Assembly (NCBI GenBank): GCA_963803435.1
Contig: CAWDML010000003.1
Location: 960,001 to 1,024,000, forward strand
Source of the DNA: an uncultured delta proteobacterium
Lineage (GTDB): Bacteria > Myxococcota > Kuafuiibacteriia > Kuafuiibacteriales > Kuafuiibacteriaceae
DNA length: 64,000 bases
Direction of reading: 5' to 3'
A program made the translations under genes and the position numbers. The notes under the pieces were generated by a model. The model had not been told where the DNA came from. It saw nothing but the letters and a program-made list of their open reading frames with translations, and did not search any database. Of this stretch, positions 59,575-64,000 are shown piece after piece. Position 1 is the stretch's first letter; each line of letters begins with the position of its first letter.

Positions 59575-62088
59575 ATGCGTGCGTTGACCCTCGCGTTGCT
59601 CCTCGTTCCGCTCCCGGCGCTGGCGATTGCCCCGCCGCCGCCGGTGCCTGGGAAGAATGGGCTGGTGAATGTGAAGGTGCGGCGGATTACCGAGGTGCGG
59701 CCGACGTCGTCGACGGCGCCGCCGCCGGCGACGGCGCTCAAGGGGGAGCATCGGCTGCTGGTGGTCTTGGTGGAGAGTGAGGATACGCCTTGGCCGAAGG
59801 AGTACTCGCCGGCGCGGTATCGGGAGCTGGTGTTCTCGGGGGCGACGGAGTCGATGGCGGAGTACTACCGGGAGAACAGCTATGGGCTGTATCGGTTGAG
59901 CGGGGAGGTGGTGGGGCCGGTGCGGGTGCCGGGCCGGATGAGCGACTACCAGTATGAGCGGGAGCGGCCGGATGGGACGCGGGTGGCGAAGCTGATCGAG
60001 CGGGCGGTGCAGGCGGCGGGGAAGGAGGTCGACCTGACCAGCTTCGATACGCATGACACGCGGGGGAAGAAGCAGAAGGACGGGATCCTCGATCATCTGA
60101 TGGTGATCTACGCAGAGAAGACCGGGCGCTTCGATGGGTTCTCGCCGATCTGGCCGCACCGAGGGTCGCTCGATCTGAAGGTCGGGGGCGTCCGGGTGGC
60201 GAGCTATACGATCCTCAACCATGCCGCGCGGCTGGGCGTGTACGTGCACGAGTTCGGGCACGACCTGGGGCTGCCGGATCTCTACGATCGCGACTACTCG
60301 AGCCATGGGACCGGGGACTGGTGCACGATGGCGACGGGGAGCTGGCTGGGCGAGGCGGGGCATCCGGCGCACTTCTCGGCCTGGGCGAAGATGCGGCTGG
60401 GGTGGATTACGCCGAAGGTCATCTCCGAGGCGGTGGAGAGCATCGACGTGCCGTCTTCGTCGGAGAAGCCGTTCGCGCTGAAGATCCCGCTCGGGGAGGT
60501 CGACTCGCCGGAGTACTTCGTGATCGAGAATCGCCGGAAGGTCGGGTTCGACGCGATGCTGCCGACCGAGGGGATCCTGATCTGGCACATCGACGAGCGG
60601 AAGGGCGACAACGACGACGAGAACCGGAAGCTGGTCGATCTGGTCGAGGGCGACAAGGAGCAGGATCTCGATCGCGTCGATCAATTCTCGCTCCCCAAGT
60701 ATCTGCCGGACACCTTCCGCAAGGGCGGCAAGATGGAGCTCTCCGACTCGACCGATCCCAGCGCGCGCTCCAACGATGGCACGCCGTCGGGCATCGACAT
60801 CCGCGTGCTGACCGAGGCGACCCGGGTGATGAAGGTGTCGATCGCGCGGCCGAAGATCTTCGATCCGGGCGGCGTTCGCTTCACGCTCATGAAGGACGGC
60901 TACAACCACGGGCGGTTCGCGACGGTGCCGCTCGGCGCCGGCTCCGAGGCGCTGATGGCGCTCGACGCCACGCCCGGCGGCTACCTCGCGTTCGCCGCCG
61001 AGGCGTTCGTCTCGGGCGCGCCCGGGAGCCAGGATCAGCTCACCTTCCGCGTCTACGACGGCAGCCGGGGCGATCCGGGTCGGGTCCTGGCACAGGAGAC
61101 CGTCAAGGTGACGCTCTCGCGCGAGGCCTACGCCGAGGTGCGGGCGCGCCTCGGACCGAAGGGGCACGGGCTGGCGCTGGGGGCGCTCCAGCGGGTCTGG
61201 GTCGGCGTGACCTCCGAGCGCGGCCGCGTCTACCCGGTGCTCAACCCGTTCAGCACCAGCAAGTCGGGACGCTTCCGCGCCAAGCAGACCGGGAAGAAGC
61301 TCGAGGACAGCTTCAACTTCTCGAGCGGCCGGCAGCCGGTGTCCGACTACGTGGTGCGGCTCGACGGCTTCGGCTACCTGAAGGGCGACGACCGCCCCGA
61401 TCCGCTGGCGAACGACGACGACCCCCTGGTGGTGAAGCTCAAGGCGATCGACAAGCTCGCCGATCAGAAGAAGCACGATCTCGCCCTCCCGCAGTACGAG
61501 GCGGTGCTCGCGGAGATGGAGAAGGACTCGCGGCGCTACGAGTCCTGGATCCCGGTGGTGGTGAACTCGATCGGCGTGTCGGCGTACGAGCTGAAGAAGT
61601 ACGACGTGGCGCTCGAGCGCTTCGAGGCCACGCTCCGGCGCGCGCTGGCAGCCAAGGATCGTCCGAACCTCGCCGACGTCTACGAGAACATCGGTGAGAC
61701 TGCGTTCGCCGCCGGGCAGCTGCCGCGGGCGCTCGAGAGCTGCGATCGCTCGTATGGGATCAACGCCGATCTGGCCCGCAAGGATCGTCTGGTCGAGAAC
61801 CTGTACTGGCTCGGCCGCGGACATCAGGCGGACGGACATGCCGACGACGCCAAGGGCTTCTTCGAGAAGGCGCTGGTCGCTGCCCACGAGGCGTTCCGCA
61901 AGGACGCGGACGAGGACAAGCGCTGGACCGACCGGATCGAGCTCGCGCTGAAGGGCGCTCCCGAGGACGACCCGGGCGTGAAGCGCCGGACCGACGCCAT
62001 CGACAAGGGCTCGAAGAAGAAGCACGAGGCCGTCTACACCGACCTGCTCCAGTTCCTCTCGGACGACACGTCCGAGAGCAGTCAGTGA
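59575..62088 (+). CDS. M6 (immune inhibitor A) family metalloprotease with C-terminal TPRs
   Basis: Signal peptide; YYRENSYG; IWPH; HEFGHDLGLPDLYD; MATGSW; EYFVIENR; GILIWHID. Confidence 0.92.
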   Translation: MRALTLALLLVPLPALAIAPPPPVPGKNGLVNVKVRRITEVRPTSSTAPPPATALKGEHRLLVVLVESEDTPWPKEYSPARYRELVFSGATESMAEYYRENSYGLYRLSGEVVGPVRVPGRMSDYQYERERPDGTRVAKLIERAVQAAGKEVDLTSFDTHDTRGKKQKDGILDHLMVIYAEKTGRFDGFSPIWPHRGSLDLKVGGVRVASYTILNHAARLGVYVHEFGHDLGLPDLYDRDYSSHGTGDWCTMATGSWLGEAGHPAHFSAWAKMRLGWITPKVISEAVESIDVPSSSEKPFALKIPLGEVDSPEYFVIENRRKVGFDAMLPTEGILIWHIDERKGDNDDENRKLVDLVEGDKEQDLDRVDQFSLPKYLPDTFRKGGKMELSDSTDPSARSNDGTPSGIDIRVLTEATRVMKVSIARPKIFDPGGVRFTLMKDGYNHGRFATVPLGAGSEALMALDATPGGYLAFAAEAFVSGAPGSQDQLTFRVYDGSRGDPGRVLAQETVKVTLSREAYAEVRARLGPKGHGLALGALQRVWVGVTSERGRVYPVLNPFSTSKSGRFRAKQTGKKLEDSFNFSSGRQPVSDYVVRLDGFGYLKGDDRPDPLANDDDPLVVKLKAIDKLADQKKHDLALPQYEAVLAEMEKDSRRYESWIPVVVNSIGVSAYELKKYDVALERFEATLRRALAAKDRPNLADVYENIGETAFAAGQLPRALESCDRSYGINADLARKDRLVENLYWLGRGHQADGHADDAKGFFEKALVAAHEAFRKDADEDKRWTDRIELALKGAPEDDPGVKRRTDAIDKGSKKKHEAVYTDLLQFLSDDTSESSQ

Positions 62089-62636
62089 CTCGACTGATCC
62101 AGCACCAGCTCACGCACCAGCACCGAGTCGCGGGTGATCGCGACGCTGCAAGCTCCACCCTCGTCGGTCAGCGCGCAGACTGCACATCGGTCGTCCGCCG
62201 AGACGTAGAGGGTGTAGCGACCCGGATCGAGACGGATGACCAGCTCGCCCCGATCGGAGGCGTCGCCGTCGAACACCGCGACCTGCGAGAGGTCGTCGAC
62301 GTCGAACGCCGGCGCGCAGGCGGGCGCGATCGGGACGCTCACGTTCACCGGTACGATCTGCACGCGTAGGGGTTCTCGTTCGCGGGCGCAACGACCGTCG
62401 CTTCCTCCGCAACGCCCGGTCGAGGGCGCCGAATCCATCGCGCGGCAGTCCCCGAACACGTGGGTCGTCGAGACCGCAAGACCCGTGTCGATCGTGGGAT
62501 CGATCTCTTTCGCTCGCGCGGGCGTCATCGGTGGATCTGCCGGCGGACAGGTCTGGATCTCGCAGCTGCCGCCGGCGGCCAGCGGGGTGAGGAGAACGAG
62601 CGCGAGTAGGGCGCGACCCTCCACCGCTCGGATCAT
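62082..62636 (-). CDS. Hypothetical Cys-containing exported/lipoprotein
   Basis: Hydrophobic leader, GGSC; LDPGRYTLYV. Confidence 0.6.
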   Translation of the reverse strand: MIRAVEGRALLALVLLTPLAAGGSCEIQTCPPADPPMTPARAKEIDPTIDTGLAVSTTHVFGDCRAMDSAPSTGRCGGSDGRCAREREPLRVQIVPVNVSVPIAPACAPAFDVDDLSQVAVFDGDASDRGELVIRLDPGRYTLYVSADDRCAVCALTDEGGACSVAITRDSVLVRELVLDQSSH

Positions 62637-62692
62637 AGCTTGCCTCCCGGCAGAACTCTCGGCATGGATCCGCCCCGAAAGGAGCCCGAACG

Positions 62693-63509
62693 ATGCGCAT
62701 GATGTGGATGCTGTTGCCTTGCTCGTTCGTCCTCGCGACCGGGTGTGGGATCTCGCAGGAGGAGCACCAGAAGGCGCTGGACGCCCAGAAGTCGGCGTTC
62801 GATGCCGAGATGCAGAAGATGCGAGCTGCCCAGGAGAAGGAGGTCGGCGAGCGCGATCAGGTCCTCAAGAGCAAGGATCAGATGATCGCAGGGCTCGAGG
62901 GCGAGGTCACCAAGATGGGCGGTGACCTGGCCAAGGTCCGCACCCAGCTGGGCGATCAGAATCACCGAGCTGGCCTCGACGAAGTCCGAGCTGGCGGCCA
63001 CCACCCAGGAGGTCGAGGAGCTGAGAAAGCTGCGGGAGCGCGCCGAGCGCGAGGCGTCTCAGCAGCGCGCGCTCGCCGAGCGGCTGAAGGGCATGATCGA
63101 CGCCGGACAGCTCGAGGTGGTGAAGCGCAAAGGTCGGCTCATGCTGAAGCTGCCGGACGAGATCCTCTTCCCCTCGGGGAGCAAGAGCCTGAAGAAGGAG
63201 GGCCGCGAGGCGCTCGAGCAGGTCGCCAACGTCCTCAAGGAGGTGAAGGATCGCGACTTCATCATCGCGGGTCACACGGACAACGTGCCGGTGAAGCGCC
63301 ATGGGCCGTTCAAGGACAACTGGGAGCTCTCGACGGCGCGCGCGGTCGAGGTCGTGGCGCTGATGACCAAGGCGGGCGTCGCGCCCGAGCAGCTCTCTGC
63401 GGCGGGCTTCGGCGAGCACGATCCGATCGAGAGCAACGACACCAAGGAGGGGCGTGAGAAAAATCGGCGCCTCGAGATCATCCTGATGCCCAAGATTGGA
63501 GATATCTGA
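62693..63509 (+). CDS. OmpA/MotB-family lipoprotein with coiled coil; apparent frameshift at ~62960
   Basis: ATGC lipobox; ILFPSG, GHTDNVP, NWELSTARA, GFGEHDP, NRRLEI. Confidence 0.88.
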
Positions 63510-63520
63510 GTAGACTGGCC

Positions 63521-64000
63521 GTGGTGCGCCCCACGCTCATCGTCCCCGCGATCCTGCTGGCGGGTTGTCTCCCGAATCCCCAGTCCGTCAAGGAGCGTCG
63601 GGAATCGTTCCCGCGGGGAGATCTGATCGGCTCGCTCATCCTCGATGCGCCGCCGGCGGGGATGAAGCCCGTGGGCGCGGTGTTCGGCGAGCGGCTGAAG
63701 CTTCTCGGCTACACCATGGATCCGCCGGCGCCGCGGCCTGGGGATCGGATCACGGTCACCTACTTCTGGACGGCGCTGAAGACGGTGGACGAGGACTACC
63801 AGGTCTTCGTCCACGGGGACGCCATCACCGGCAACTCGAGCCGCCTGCACGGCGATCACTTTCCTGCCGACGGCGACTACCCGACCGACGTCTGGCAGGT
63901 GGGCGAGATCGTGGTGGATCCGTTCAAGATCTGGATCCCGCCGGGCTATGGGCCCAAGCAGCTCGGGCTCTTCACAGGGCTCTACAAGGACAAGTATCGC
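63521..64000 (+). CDS. Hypothetical lipoprotein with Ig-like domain, 3'-truncated by window edge
   Basis: Open frame VVRPTLIVPAILLAGC...FGERLKLLGY...VTYFW...VFVH...YPTDVW. Confidence 0.75.
   Translation, partial: MVRPTLIVPAILLAGCLPNPQSVKERRESFPRGDLIGSLILDAPPAGMKPVGAVFGERLKLLGYTMDPPAPRPGDRITVTYFWTALKTVDEDYQVFVHGDAITGNSSRLHGDHFPADGDYPTDVWQVGEIVVDPFKIWIPPGYGPKQLGLFTGLYKDKYR

Noticed and set aside
59380-62025. Long antisense ORFs (also 2744-4507, 19205-21166, 55937-58744)
   Set aside because: Typical high-GC shadow frames opposite well-supported genes, with no motifs

Overview
High-GC window whose gene content (PEGA proteins, cysteine-rich lipoproteins, Ser/Thr kinase, sigma-54 activators) suggests a myxobacterium or related deltaproteobacterium. 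Housekeeping genes include sppA, a gspE/pilB-like ATPase, kbl, cutA, gph, dapF, guaB, rne, kdsD, rpmG and modABC. Main findings: (1) an 8-kb translationally coupled multiheme cytochrome operon with about 65 heme-binding motifs (MtrC/OmcA-like decaheme with a collagen-like stalk, NapC/NirT, a beta-barrel, and 13-, 13- and 25-heme lipoproteins) behind a candidate sigma-54 promoter, a candidate non-canonical extracellular electron transfer conduit; (2) an unannotated candidate sigma-54-dependent sRNA with C-rich loops and three GGT-N6-ACC boxes, divergent from an NtrC-family activator (Pxr-like architecture); (3) a 1.3-kb CTAG-flanked element with ~70-bp inverted repeats that joins the 3' halves of an IS1182 transposase and a four-helix-bundle gene; (4) a standalone protein with a T3SS needle/translocator-like C-terminus behind a sigma-54 promoter; (5) five of six clear ORF breaks fall exactly on GATC sites, which suggests methylation-induced sequencing errors; (6) a local G/C skew flip centred on an intergenic spacer. 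No rRNA, tRNA or CRISPR array was seen. All family assignments are by eye; no searches were run.
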